64,000 nucleotides of DNA from the human T2T-CHM13v2.0 reference genome, Homo sapiens (GCF_009914755.1 NC_060926.1); one strand, 5' to 3'. Shown: positions 29,445 through 42,778, numbered from the stretch's first letter. The notes: a model not told the origin generated them from the sequence alone. A program made the numbers and translations.

Positions 29445-29760
29445 CAAGTCAACAATCCCTTTTCCACACTGAAAATTCAAAAACCCTAAAAATCAGACTT
29501 TTTTCATTTGGCAGCAAAACTTGGCCAGACCTGAGCTCATCTGACAGCAAAACCTGACCTGAACTGAGAGGAGAGCATGTATTAAGTGAATACTTATATG
29601 TTTTGTTGCAGATTTGTGCCTATGGAGCTACCCCAAACCCCACTGGGAATATGTGATGATTTTTGAAATAGGCACATTATTACCTTTCTAAAATTTGGAA
29701 AGTTGTGAATTTGGTTCACATCTGGGCCCAAAGGTTTCAGGTAAGGAACTGTAGACCCAG
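29445..29760. mobile_element. MER46C-like TcMar-Tigger MITE
   Basis: tttggcagcaaaac...cctgacctgaactga; catctgggcccaaaggtttcaggtaaggaactgtagacc. Confidence 0.7.
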
Positions 29761-29809
29761 TTGTTCAGGTTCTCTCTTTCTCTCTCTCTCTCTCCCCCTC
29801 CCCATTCTT

Positions 29810-29813
<4 letters not shown>

Positions 29814-29859
<46 letters not shown>

Positions 29860-29868
29860 ACACACACA
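29814..29868. repeat. (CA)n microsatellite (~27 units) preceded by (CT)n
   Basis: Direct reading. Confidence 0.95.
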
Positions 29869-32305
29869 GCATTGTGCCTCATTCTCTTCCATCCTTTAAC
29901 CCCATATCCATTTCATCAGTGCATTCTGTCAGCTCTAATCTCAAATATGTCCCAAATCTTCATACTTCTTACCACCTCCAAAGGCACCAATGTCACCAAA
30001 GCTACAGAACCTTCACGTGGACAAAGGTCAGAGCCTTGTGACACATCCTCCTATTTTTAATTTTGTCCTTCCTTGCCTCTCCACTTCTTAGCTTTATTTT
30101 CCACAAAATGGTCAGAGAAGTCTTCTTAAAACATAAATCAGATCTGCCACCCACCCTGATGCTCCTAAGGTGAAAGGGCTTCCCATCATGCAGGAAATAA
30201 AATCTTGACTTCTTATCAAGGCTTGCTGGATCTTGGGTCATCTGACTTCTGCCCATCTCTCCACATTCAATTATTCCACTCTTTCTCCTACCTGTACTAC
30301 AGCCCTTCTGCTCTTACTGGTTTTCTTCAAACAGGCCAAGTGCACCCTGCTTGGGGTGTGTGCCCTTGCTTCCCTCCGCACACCAAGGCCAATGCTTCAG
30401 GCCTTGGTGTCACTCACTATTCACTTCATTAAGGTCTTTCTTCACAAGTCACCATCACGAGAAGCTCTTTCCTGACCACTCTGGTCTAAAATACAGACTT
30501 TTGAAACTCCCAAGAGTTTGTTGCTGTACCGTTTTATTAAAATTACATTATATTCTTTTGCCTGATTATGTAACCCCACCATCAAAATATACACTTCAGG
30601 AAGGTAGGGATCGTATCTGGACTGTTTATTGTTATATCCCTGGTTCCTAGAGTAATGCTGGAACTCTCCATGCGCCAGTGAATGAATATTTGTAGAATGA
30701 ACAAATAATTAAGTTGTATTAATAAGTCAACAGAGTTGAGTTAATAAAAGAATATTAACCCTACTTTCCAAAGTATCTCAATGTTTTTAAAAGTATCAGT
30801 ATAGTCTGGATGAATTTGGCTATAACTTTTTTTCTGAATGACACTCATTCTTAAGATAGTTCTAACCAGTGGCTAAGATTACCATAGTGTGACTCACGCT
30901 GTATACATTAGTGTTTACTGCTATACCCACAAGACATACACTTAACAAAACAATCTGAATTCATCAAGGACAGCCTTTTCTTTTCATTCTTTGCTTTTAC
31001 TGTGAGCTGAATTTCTCTTTCTAAGGAATTTAAGATTACTTAGCAATATGTTTCTAATTCCAAGGTGCGCTAAAGTGATTCCATGTGATTTCTTGTTTCC
31101 CAGGTAATACTGGTAGATACAACCAAATTATCTAATTACAGAAAGTGTGTATTATGCAAATTTAGCATAGAATTAGGAATTTTAAAAACATAAGAATGGA
31201 GATAAACAAGAAATCATTTTTAGTATTTTATCATTTTTTATTTAGTAAAGATAAAATTTACAGTAAGGAATTTTAAAAATTATTGCCTCATGTAAAATAA
31301 TTGGAAAGTATATATAATAAAGTCATTTGGGGACTAATGCTGGGAATATTTTAATCTCTTAAACTGGGTATTATTTCGGTTGTGAATTTCATTTTGGAAC
31401 ACTCTCAGTTATTAAGCACATATGATTAAGCATATATGATCTCCTTTTGGATAGATGAGTTAACTTTTACAGAGAGGCATCTTCTGATAAACACTGTATG
31501 AGTATTTATCCCTAACTGAAATTTGGTTCACATGATAGAATAAATAAAGTCTGAGAACAAAAATTAAGTGACAGCTTCAAAATGGTGACTATTGTCCAAG
31601 CTTCATCACACACCTTGGACTTGAATGTCTGGTAAAAATGAAACTTGAGAAATGTTAAAATTGTTCAATTACATTGGAAAACTTCAAGATTACCTTGCTT
31701 TGTAAGTTTCTTTTTAAGGACCCATGCGAAGAGTCTTCAACTCAGTAGCAAACAACATGTTGTAGCCTGGAAGCCAATTCTAAAGTATTTAGCCTGATTG
31801 CCTCCAAATTCAGTCAGCTTATCTCCCTGTCTGACTCACTGCAATTGGGAAACTTCAGCAGGCAATTTTCTCTCACAGGACACACAGCCGTCTCCACTCA
31901 CTAAGAATTCTCCAGGCTGCAAGGCCACATGAGGCCAGAATGTTCACTAATCACTGAAAGATACTGTCAGCATAATCCTAATTATTCAGCTACATCATGA
32001 AACAGAAATTTCAGTTTTCCTGGTATATGTGTGGTGGAGAACTTAGGAAATTAGAACCTTGGACTATAAGAAATTCATTAATTCAGTCAGTGTTTAAATC
32101 TCTTCTGCCTCCTACCCACTATGTAGTTATCTAGAGTCGACTTTTACCTCAATCTTAACATTTGGCAGAGGAATGGGGAAAAACAAACACATTGTTTCCC
32201 ACATAGATATACCAAAAAAGTAATTTACAGGAACAGCTATCATTCGTAGATGCTTATTCTGGGCCAGACACAGGGCCTGGGCACTTTGATTTTATTACTT
32301 TATCC

Positions 32306-32853
32306 CTCACAATTTTGAGAAAGTTGGGTAGTCCTCACTCACATGTCCGGTAGTTAACTGTTTGGTTTAGAGGGGCCTCAGCTGGAGTGGTTTATATCCA
32401 CCCCACATGCCCATCCTCCAATAGGTCTCACCAGGCTTCTTCACACGCCAGTTTGAGGGTTCCAGAGAGCTTAAACTCCAGTGCATAAGCCCTTTCTAAG
32501 CCTTTGATTGTGTCACATTTGGTAAGGGCCCACTGGCTAAAACAAGCTGCATGGCCAAGAGTAAGTATGAGAGAGATTAGTCAAGAGAATGGATACAGGA
32601 AGTCATGAATAAATTGGGCCATTACTGCAACAGTAAACAACAACATGATAGAATTTCTGGAAAATAAATAAATAATATCTTTGGAAAACTCAAGATATTG
32701 AAGCAGAGATTTGCTAGGAAATGAAGTATCAAAAGGCCACACATAAAGATGCTTGTTCATACTGCAACCAGTGGGAAGTACTGGAAATTTTTCAAATTCT
32801 AAAAGTTAGAAAGGAACCCGTTAATCTATATGCTAGCCATCTCTAAGTGCAAT
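32306..32853 (+). repeat. Copy 1 of a 548-bp direct duplication (copy 2 at 34126-34673)
   Basis: Ungapped alignment at offset 1820, about 16 mismatches counted by eye. Confidence 0.97.
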
Positions 32854-33564
32854 GCATAACTAAATATCAGAAAATGATGTTATGCTATACAAGTTTTTAT
32901 CAACTGAATTCCCAATTCTATATAAAATTTTTCCTTTTTCATTCTTAGCCTTTTCTTTCCTTCGTCATTCATCTTTTCTTTCCATGTAGAGTTCGTAAGA
33001 AAGCAATCTGATCGAATTCTTTTTTTCTCCTGTTTCTCTTTGTTCCCTATGCAATTGGTTTGATTATAAGTAGGAAATACCGTTTGTCTTTACAACTTAT
33101 ATCTTATTTTAAAATAAGACCAAATAAACAGCCATTTTATAGATGTGACTTCTTGTGATGACTCCTTAAAAATTTTAAAGGCTAACTAGTGTGGCTAATG
33201 GACACATACCCCAAATCAGCTCTCAGCTGCTAAACTGTTCTTATAATATTAATGCTTCTCTGGTTTCCACAATTTATTCTCATTACTATTTTGATTCTCT
33301 CTCATTTTTTCTTATCATTTACTCCTTTGAACTAATCAAATATTAGCAAATGTTTCAGAGCTTATGAATGTAAAAATTGAAGTCACTATTTCCTGCCCCC
33401 CTCTTAAATCTGGAAAGATAATCTTATACTGGAATGGTTCAGATAACAGAAGAAATATGTAGGTGGGGAGGAACAAGATGCAACATCACTTTCTTCTTTG
33501 TCTTTGTGGTTGCAAAGAGGAGGCCTAGAAAACTGGGAACTGGGCCTTCCCATGCCCTGTATGA

Positions 33565-33635
33565 CCTGTTGTCAGGGCAACAGGATGTGTGGGGAGCCCT
33601 GGCCTTTCTAGTGCCTGTTGCCAGGGTAACAGGAT
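33565..33635. promoter_or_regulatory. Two palindromic RFX X-box motifs
   Basis: GTTGTCAGGGCAAC (33568-33581) and GTTGCCAGGGTAAC (33617-33630). Confidence 0.55.
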
Positions 33636-34051
33636 ATGAACCATCTTCTTTTATGCAACTATGCAGTTTCCCTGCTTTACTCTATACTTCTCTTCTATTT
33701 GGTGGGAAATTACATTTGTTCACAGAAATCTAAGAGCAATACAAGTTCAGTACACAGCTGCTGAAGGAGCATGCACTGGAAGAAATATTTTATGTGGACA
33801 CATGCCATTGATAGTGTTGCTGGTGAAAATAATATGTAGATGAATTTTATTAGACTATCTTTCTAAAAAGAGAGACCTCAATGTTTATTTTCGTAAGCTC
33901 TAAAATATTTACTAATTGGCTATTAGTTCAAAGAAATAAATGACAGTAGATGATGAGAAAGTAGTAACCACAGTAATAGGTAGAAAAAAAAAACTTTAGA
34001 AACCAGAGACTTATGTGAAAAATTCAGAAGCTAAGAGATCATTGTGGGTGC

Positions 34052-34463
34052 ATATCAACTAGCTTTTGTTGTGCAACAAAACACCGACAACTTAGTGGAC
34101 AACAATAATAAACATTTATTGTTTTCTCACAATTTTGAGAAAGTTGGGTAGTCCTCACTCACATGTCCGGTAGTTAACTGTTTGGTTTAGAGGGGCCTCA
34201 GCTGGAGTGGTTTATATCTACCCTACATGCCCATCCTCCAATAGGTCTCACCAGGCTTCTTCACACGCCAGTTTGAGGGTTCCAGAGAGCTTAAACTCCA
34301 GTGCATAAGCCCTTTCTAAGCCTTTGATTGTGTCACATTTGGTAAGGGCCCACTGGCTAAAACAAGGTGTATGGCCAAGAGTAAGTATGAGAGAGATTAG
34401 TCAAGAGAATGGATACAGGAAATCATGAATAAATTGGGCCATTACTGCAACAGCAAACAACAA
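34052..34463 (-). mobile_element. MLT1 (J/K-like) MaLR solo LTR
   Basis: tcaactagcttttgttgtgcaacaaaacacc..acttagtgg..acatttatt is an MLT1 terminus; ggatacagga...attgggccatt at the other end. Confidence 0.7.
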
Positions 34464-34673
34464 TATGATAGAATTTCTGGAAAATAAATAAATCATATCT
34501 TTGGAAAACTCAAGATATTGAAGCAGAGATTTGCTAGGAAATGAAGTATTGAACAGCCACACATAAAGATGCTTGTTCATACTGCAACCAGTGGGAAGTA
34601 CTGGAAATTTTTCAAGTTCTAAAAGTTAGAAAGGAACCCATTAATCCATATACTAGCCATCTCTAAGTGCAAT
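34126..34673 (+). repeat. Copy 2 (probable donor) of the 548-bp duplication
   Basis: Contiguous with the rest of the MLT1 LTR. Confidence 0.97.
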
Positions 34674-34890
34674 CTAAGAATGCTTGAAAAAAATACTGTG
34701 TAGTTTAAGTTCTGTTTGGGAAGTAAGGCAGAATAAACTATATTAAGATTATTTTTCTGAAATAAACAGAAGAAAGACTACTCATTTGACTTCAGGGAAG
34801 AGCATTCTTATGTGCTTAAGTTTTGTTATAACAAGAATAGAGTAGTAGCTTAAGCAAAAATAAAGTACCTAGATTTAATGGTTAGAATTC

Positions 34891-35840
34891 TTTTTTTTTT
34901 TTTAAGGATAAAAATTTTATGATTATCTCAATAGATTCAAAAAAATCATTCAACAAAATTCAACATTCTTTTATGATTTAAAATTCTCAATAAATTACTA
35001 ACATAAGGCATATACCTTAATATAGTAAAGGCCATATACAACAAATCGATAGCTAACATTATAATCAACGGTGAAAAGCCTAAAACATTCCATCAAAGAC
35101 CACCAACAAAACAAAGGTGCCCACTTTCACCACTTCTGTTCAACATAGTACTGGAAGTCTTAGCCAGACTAACCAGATAAGAAAAAGAAATAAAAGATAT
35201 TCATGTGAAAAACAAAAAAAAAAGGTAAAAGTGGTTTACAAATGAAAGGTGAGTTAGGTCGGAAAAACTGGCATGTGGAGTAATTCATTTATGTTTTCTA
35301 AGCAAAAGTTCTCTACGTGGATATTTAGGAATGACATTACTGACTTTGTTTATTTGCTGTAAACACTGAATAACAGAATACCTAAGGAGCCACAAATAAA
35401 CATCAACAAGTAAAAAAGAAAACTAGCATAGCATTTTTAACACAGAGTATAAACACCAAGATTCAGAAGTGAGATATTTTCCGGGGTATCAAAGCCATTT
35501 GTAAATTTCTTTTTTTTTTTATTTTTTTTTTATTTTTATTTTTTAAAGCTTGTTGATTATTTTTATTTTATTTTATTTTATTTTATTTTTTATTTTTTTT
35601 TTAATTATACTTTAAGTTTTAGGGTACATGTGCACATTGTGCAGGTTAGTTACATACGTATACATGTGCCATGCTGGTGCACTGCACCCACTAACTCGTC
35701 ATCTAGCATTAGGTATATCTCCCGATGCTATCCCTCCCCCCTACCCCCAGCCCACAACAGTCCCCAGAGTGTGATATTCCCCTTCCTGTGTCCATGTGAT
35801 CTCATTGTTCAATTCCCACCTATGAGTGAGAATATGTGGT
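34891..35840 (-). mobile_element. 5'-truncated L1PA2-like element (35603-35840) with a 3' transduction (34904-~35556)
   Basis: TSD gttagaattctt at 34881-34892 and 35841-35852; terminal T13; non-Ta GAG (ctaactcgtcatcta). Confidence 0.9.
34904..35240 (+). mobile_element. Old L1M ORF2 (RT) fragment carried inside the transduction
   Basis: tatgattatctcaatagattcaaaaaaatcattcaacaaaattcaaca resembles MIISIDAEKAFDKIQ. Confidence 0.8.
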
Positions 35841-36289
35841 GTTAGAATTCTTGAATTTATTTTCATTGGTTAAAAAAAAATCTTCTGAAATGGGCACCCA
35901 GACATTACTGTGCAGGGTTTTCTTGGTTGTTTGGTGTACCAAAGGCCAAATAAGTTACAGTGATTTCGCAAAGGTCCAAGCTCTAAGGAGGTAAAAGAGT
36001 TTAGAAAACATCAAATTCTCTTGTAGCTATTAGCTAGAATCATTGTTTAAATAAATTAATTTAAAAGGTAATGGTAGCACATGTCCTAGAGAAGAGAAAC
36101 AAAATTGGGGAGTTTCTGACATCCAAACCATACGCCACATGATAACTCCATTTGGTATTCAGCTTTGAGTACGCAAAACTAGACAAACAGATGGCAGGAC
36201 TGTGGAAAAAATCAAAACAAGAGAACAGCTTTTAATTCCTGAAATGTCAGGTTTTATACTGAGCCTTGCGTATTAAGTAGAATTATCTA

Positions 36290-36480
36290 AGTCAGTGTTC
36301 AGTGGAATAAGTATGGGCCTCAGAATTTGGCCCTCCCCTTACTAAATGTGAAATAGTGGCCAAGTGGTTTAATATCCTGGAGGTTCAATTTTCTCATCCG
36401 AAAGACTGGAGATAATTGTACTGAGCCATACAGATAAAAAGTAAAATCTTTCAGAAAGTAACAGGCAGAAAACAATTATA
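36290..36480 (+). mobile_element. MIR fragment
   Basis: ggccaagtggtttaatatcctggaggttcaattttctcatc. Confidence 0.6.
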
Positions 36481-37964
36481 AAGTATGATTACTACTATGA
36501 TTCAATTTTGAGGTGATTTTTAAACAATTTAAGGTAACCAGAAATGTAGTTGATACCAAAGTTGTTCAGCTTTGTCTTATCTTGCTCCAAATACAGCTTA
36601 TTTTGAACCAACTCTTAGAAAGTCCAGTTTTAAATGGACCAGAATTAGTACATTATTGTTTTTCTAATAAGTTCATTTTTATTTTCTTTTAAATTTATCT
36701 ACAACTTGTTTTAAAAGAATCCCTTGAACATCCATACTTATGCAGAGTTTAGTTAATGTTGACCTCAGGTTTCTTCTCCTGGAGACTCTGGTGCTTAGAG
36801 ATTTTACTATTTTTTTCATGACTCATTATAAACATATTTGAATAACTATAAATATCAAAAATTTGCCTATCAAAAATTATCTGCATGACTGAGCTTTTTG
36901 TCGGCCTATTTAGTAAAAGTCCACGTTTTTAAATATTTTATAAAATATAAAATAAAATTTGATCTTTTTAAAAAGCTTCAAGAAAGTATAGCTGAAAGGA
37001 GAAACCAACCAAAGGGTCATGTTTCATATATATGCTTCTAATGAGCTATCATCATTGTTATGCCTTCCTTAACTATAGTCATTCATGCCTAAAACTTGCT
37101 CAGACTGGATATGTGGAATAGTGTGATTCTCATGAGACTTTAACGCTATCATCTGTTTAATAATGTTAATTAAGACTTTCTTTCATATCCAAAAGGCCTA
37201 CTATAGCATAGTCCTTTACCAGATGATAATCAAACTTGCTCACATATTACATTTGACTAGCTAATTGAAATATGTTAAATGACAAAATCTGATAACGTAA
37301 TGGAAATACAGCATTTTCTAAAATGAGTCAGCAAGGGGATGGACATGGGACATGATAGCAATTACCTAGAAGTCAAGTCTGTTGTGAACCAGGCTCAGGT
37401 TATAATAAGAAAAGGCCTAAAGAATAATTTTCAAGCCAGAGTGACTCAGGAAAATAAGTCTAGCCCTGAGATAAACATGATTATAGAGACCTAAAATCCA
37501 CTATAAGGCTACCTCAAGATGTTGACTTAAAGATGCCCTCAAGACAATTCTTCTATCAGTGAAACTCTCAAAGCCCACTTCTCCTCAGCTCTCTCTCCTT
37601 ATATACCCTAGTTCCTGCTCCAGGGAAACACAAATCCTTATGTATAATGATTCTGGTGAAGAGAAACCTGGGGAGTGAGAATACTTCCATTGAGCTAAAA
37701 GAAAGTTGTCTTTCTGCATCTTGACAACCCTACTCTGTGCATTGATTCTGATAAGAAAAGTACATGAAAATATATAGAATTGTGTTTCTGCATTTAATAT
37801 TAGCAATAATAATGACTGACAAAAGCTAGGAATTCTTGAATTCTGGATACTTTTCTAAATAATTTGTGTGTCAACTTAATTAATTCTCTCAACACCGATG
37901 AGATACATGATGATATTATTTCCATTTACAGATAAGAAAAATGAGGAATTGAAAAATCAATCAA

Positions 37965-40900
37965 GAGGGAAAGAGTCAAGATGGTCAACTAGATGTAGCC
38001 AGGAAAACCTTCTCTCACCAAGAGACCAGACCATCAAAAAGACCGGCACGCTCCAAGCAGATCTTCAGAAGGGCATTGAGAGTGGACAGAGGAAACAGAC
38101 CCTGAGCTGAAGAGAAAGGAGGCTGCGAATGCTGCATGGGATTGCCAAGCACCAGGACTCATTCCTGGACCAGAGGAGCTCCTGGGGCCAGGGTGAGTAA
38201 AATAGGTGGGGAGTGGCCCACTCTCACCACAGACCTCCAGAATCCTAGCTGCAGGAGACCCCATGACACATACTGACTTTTGAGCTGGCAGGGAGAGCTT
38301 CTTACAGAGTTGATAGGGGTGGGACTTAAGCCTGCACAGAGCCTGAAGGGTTTAGTGTGGGAACAGCTATAGTGGAGCACAGCCAGGGATGACCATCTCC
38401 CAAGGCCTGCCATGCTATGCTAGCAGGCTTTGGCTTGTGTTGACTCAAATCTAGACAGAACAGGGCTATTTTCCCCATGAGACAGAGCCAATCTGATCTG
38501 GGAGCCCCCCTGTTTGCCAGCCTCTCCCCAGAGTCCTTGCCTGGACACACCCATTTGCAGTGCAAGCACAGATACTGAACTGGGGTGCTTCCCAGTGGAC
38601 ACTACCACAGCTCCTTCACCAACAGACCCTGTCTGACCATCAGAGAGCTTCTGCAGATGGGCCCCTGCCAGTGCACACCCATCTGCTGCTTCCCCTACCA
38701 CCTTGCCAACACATGTTCACAAATGTGTCCTGCAGCTGCCCAACATACATGCGTGGACCACACTGCCCCACCACCACCAGTGCACAGGCAGATCCCACCA
38801 CTGCTGCTGCCAGTGCATGTGTGCAAACCTCCTCACACCACCATCCCATTGTCACTGGTGAATGTGCACACAGAGCCCACCACCTCACCACTACCCTACC
38901 GCCACTATCGCACATGTGCACATGCAAACCCCACTGCTACAACCTCAATAAAGTCCTTTTTCCAGCACCTTTCTCCCCATCAGAATGTTGTTGCCAGTGA
39001 ACTGGAAACACCTCAGCCCCTCCAGTGCAGCAGGTGCTTAACCTCAAGGGGCCATAAAACAAAGTCATGGGCCTGGTCCCAGGCCCCAGTGTTAGAGCAT
39101 GCAGCCCAGGAGTGCTGAGCTGAGACTTGGCCCCCTGAAATAATCCAAAAACAAAGCCAGTCAACTCAACCCAACTTATACCACAGTCAAACCCTCAAGT
39201 GCATGAAAGAATATAAAAGCAAAAAGCCCCATCCAAAGGACAGCAACTTCAAAGATTAAAGAAACATCAGCTTACACAGATAAGAAAGAAACAATGCAAG
39301 AACTCTGGCAACTCACAAATCTAGTGTCTTTTACCTCCAAATGACCATAACAGCTACCCAGCAATGTTTTTTTACCAGACGAAATAGTTGAAATGACAGA
39401 CACAGAGTTCAGAATCTGGATGGCATGGAAAATTATTGCAATTCAAGAGAAACTTGAAACCCAATTCAAGGAATCTAAGAAATCTATTAAAATGATTCAA
39501 GAGCTGAGAGACAAAATAGCAATTTTAAGAAAGAAACAAACTGTTCTGATAGAGCTGAAAAACTCACTACAAGAATATCATAATACGATCACAAGTATTA
39601 ATAGCAGAATAGACCAAGCTGAGGAAAGAATCTCACAGCTCAAAGTCCGATTCCTTGAATCAACTCAGTGAGACAAAAATAATGAAAAAACAATTTTAAA
39701 ATGAACAAAATCTCTGAGAAATATGAGATTATTTAGAAACCAAACCCATAACTCAATGGCATCCCTGAAAGAGAGGGAGAGAGAGCAAGCAACTTGGAAA
39801 ACATATTTGAGAATATTGCTCACAAAATTTTTCCCAACCTCACTAGAGAGGTTGACATTCAAATTCAGGAAATCAGAAAACCCCTGTGAGATACTATACA
39901 AGATGACCATCCCTAAGACACATGGGCATCAGATTCTCAAAGGTCAATGTAAAAGAAAAAATATTAAAGGCAGCTAGAGAGAAGGGCAGGCTGCCTACAG
40001 AGAGAACTCCCTTAGGCTAATAGCAGACCTTTCAACAAAAACTCTACAAGCCAGAAGAGACTGGGGGCCTATATTCAGCATCCTTACAGGAAAAACATTC
40101 CAACCAAGAATTTCATATCCAGCCAAACTAAGCTTCATAAAACAAGGAAAAATAAAATCATTTTCAGACAAGCAAATGCTAAGGGAATTTGTTACCACCA
40201 TACCTGCTTTACAAGAGGTCCTTAAGGGAGTGCTAAACACAGCAACAAAAAACTGTTACCAGCCACCACAAAAGCACACTTAAGTACATAGACCATTGAC
40301 ACTATAAAGCATGTACACAATCAAGTCTATACAACAACCAGCTAACAACATGTCAGGATCAAATCTGCACATATCGATGTTAACCTTGGACGTAAACAGG
40401 CTAAACGCCCCACTTAAAAAGCACGAAGTGGCAAGTTGGATAAAGAAGCAAGGCCCAACCTGTATGCTGTCTTCAAGAGACTCATCTCACATGTGATGAC
40501 AACCATAGGCTCAAAGTAAAGGGATGGAGTAAGATCTATCAAGCAAACAGAAAACAAAAAAGAGCAGAGACTGCTATTCTAATTCAGACAAAACAGAAAT
40601 TAAGCCAACAATGATCAAAAAGGACAAAGAAGGGCATTACATAATGATAAATGTTTCAATTCAGTAAGAAGACTTAACTTTTCTAAATATATGCACCCAA
40701 CACTGGAGCATCCAGATTCATAAAACAAGTGCTTAGAGACCTACAAAAAGACTTAGATAACCACACAATAATAGTGTAAGACTGCAACACCCCACAGCAT
40801 TTCTATACACCAGTAACATCCAAGCTGAGAGCCAAATCAGGGACGCAATCCCATTCACAATAGCCACAGAAAGAATAAAATACCTAGAAATACTACTAAC

Positions 40901-41660
40901 CAGGGAAGTAAAAGATTTCTACAACAAGCATTACAAAACACTGCTTAAAGAAATCAGAGATGACACAAATAAATGGAAAAACATTCCATGCTCATGGGTA
41001 GGAAGAATCAACATTGCTAAAATGTCCATACTGCCCAAAGCAATTTACAGATTCAATGTTATTCCTATCAAACTACCAATGAAATTTTTCACAGAATTAG
41101 AAAACACTATTTTAAAATTTATATTGAATCAAAAAAGAGCATGAACAGTCAAAGCAATCCTAAGCAAGAAGAACAAAGCCAGAGGCAGCACACTACCCAG
41201 CTTCCAACTATAGTACAAAGCTATAACCAAAACAGCATGGCACTGGTACAAAAACGGACACATAGACCCATGGAACAGAATAGAGAACCCCAAAATAAAG
41301 TTATAACCATCTGATCTCCAACAAAGTCAACGATAACAAACAATGAAGAAAGGACTCCCTATTCAATAAACCATGCTGAGATAACTGGCTAGTCATATGC
41401 AGAATATTTAAACTGGACACCTTCTTTTCACCATATACAAAAATCAACTCGAGATTGATTAAAGACTTAAATGTAAAGCCTAACCTATAAAATCCCTAAA
41501 AGAAAACCTAGAAAATACCACTCTGGAAATAGACCCTGGCAAAGATTTCATGAGGAAGACTCCAAAAGCAATTGCAACAAAAACACAAATAGACAAGTGG
41601 AACCTAATTAAACTAAAGAGCTTCTGCACAGCAAAAGAAACTATCAACAGAATCAACAGA
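37965..41660 (+). mobile_element. Older primate L1 (L1PA15/16 or L1PB-like): 5' UTR, ORF1, internally deleted ORF2, no 3' UTR
   Basis: GC-richer 5' UTR (tcaagatggtcaactagatgtagcc); ORF1 MTDTEFRIWMAWKII...RIDQAEERIS; ORF2 [31 protein letters not shown]. Confidence 0.92.
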
Positions 41661-42718
41661 AAGTTTATTTTGTTCTATAGTTCTGCAGTTTTGAAGGTTA
41701 AATTGGATTCAAAGGAATTCTGGTTTATTTAGCCACACACCCAAACCATGTTCTTCCATGCAAGTTTAATCTGCAATAAAGCTGATATTTTGATTTTCAT
41801 CTACGGGACTCCTAAACCTATCTCTCTCTTAATTCTGAACTTGGGCAGGAATTATGGGTATCATTCATTAGCACTTCCTCTCACCCTAGCATCTTATGAG
41901 GTAGGTATCAGTTTTGTCCATGTCTCAGCTGAAAAATAACCTAAAAGAAGTCATCCCTGAATATCCAAAATACTTTCCCAAAGGTGCATTTTATTCTGGT
42001 CACTTCTTACTGCATATTAACTTGCTTTTTATAATTTACTTTTTTGTTGTTTGTCTCCTCTACAGGAACAGTAGCTTCTGTGTCTAACATTGTACCTGAC
42101 ACAGTATACAATCAGAGTATATTTATTGAATGAGTAAATGAATGATCAATTCAATTAATGGATTTTACAAATAAGAAAAGTGAAGTTTAGGTAAATTAAT
42201 AACTTTTCCATGGACACTCAGCTAAAAAGCAGGTAGTATTGTAATATTAGAAAATATCTGATTAGAGTTCAATTTCTAAGCCACCTAATCTGTAAGGTAT
42301 TCCACCTTAATAATGTTAGTTCTATAAACTATAACATAATGTTATGTAGGACTGAATATTAAGACTACGTCTACACATCAAAATGAGTTTTGATGAAGTG
42401 GTTTTCTTCAAAACAAATTATGATTATGATTAAAAGACAGATTTTTAATAACTGATTTGCCTGATTAATCCATCAAAACAGTCACATACTGAACAACATA
42501 CAGACTTATCAACAATTTCCAAGAAAGATCACATTCTCTTTTGACATTTGAAATGAATCCAGTAAATACCCTCCATCTCAGAGTTTGGTGAGGAAACTGG
42601 TGTTTTGGGCATGCAAGTCAGGGTTAGATGGAGGTACAGTGAGTTAATGGCTAAGAATAAAGAGTATCTGAATCCAATGTGCCATAGAGTGAGGCAGGGC
42701 TTCACCACTAGGGATTGT

Positions 42719-42731
42719 GCGTGTGTGTGTG

Positions 42732-42775
<44 letters not shown>

Positions 42776-42778
42776 TGT
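42719..42778. repeat. (TG)n microsatellite
   Basis: Direct reading. Confidence 0.95.

Larger units (their letters stand above)
28490..30710 (+). mobile_element. L2 (decayed) with nested MER46C-like element and microsatellites
   Basis: Pyrimidine-rich L2 body; 3' end gtgaatgaatatttgtagaatgaacaaat. Confidence 0.8.

Noticed and set aside
36819-37448. Three AP-1 heptamers (TGASTCA)
   Set aside because: Short motif scattered through the window; not distinguishable from chance without data.
38560-39118. 146-aa and 177-aa ORFs
   Set aside because: Lie in the C-rich L1 5' UTR, where stop codons are rare.
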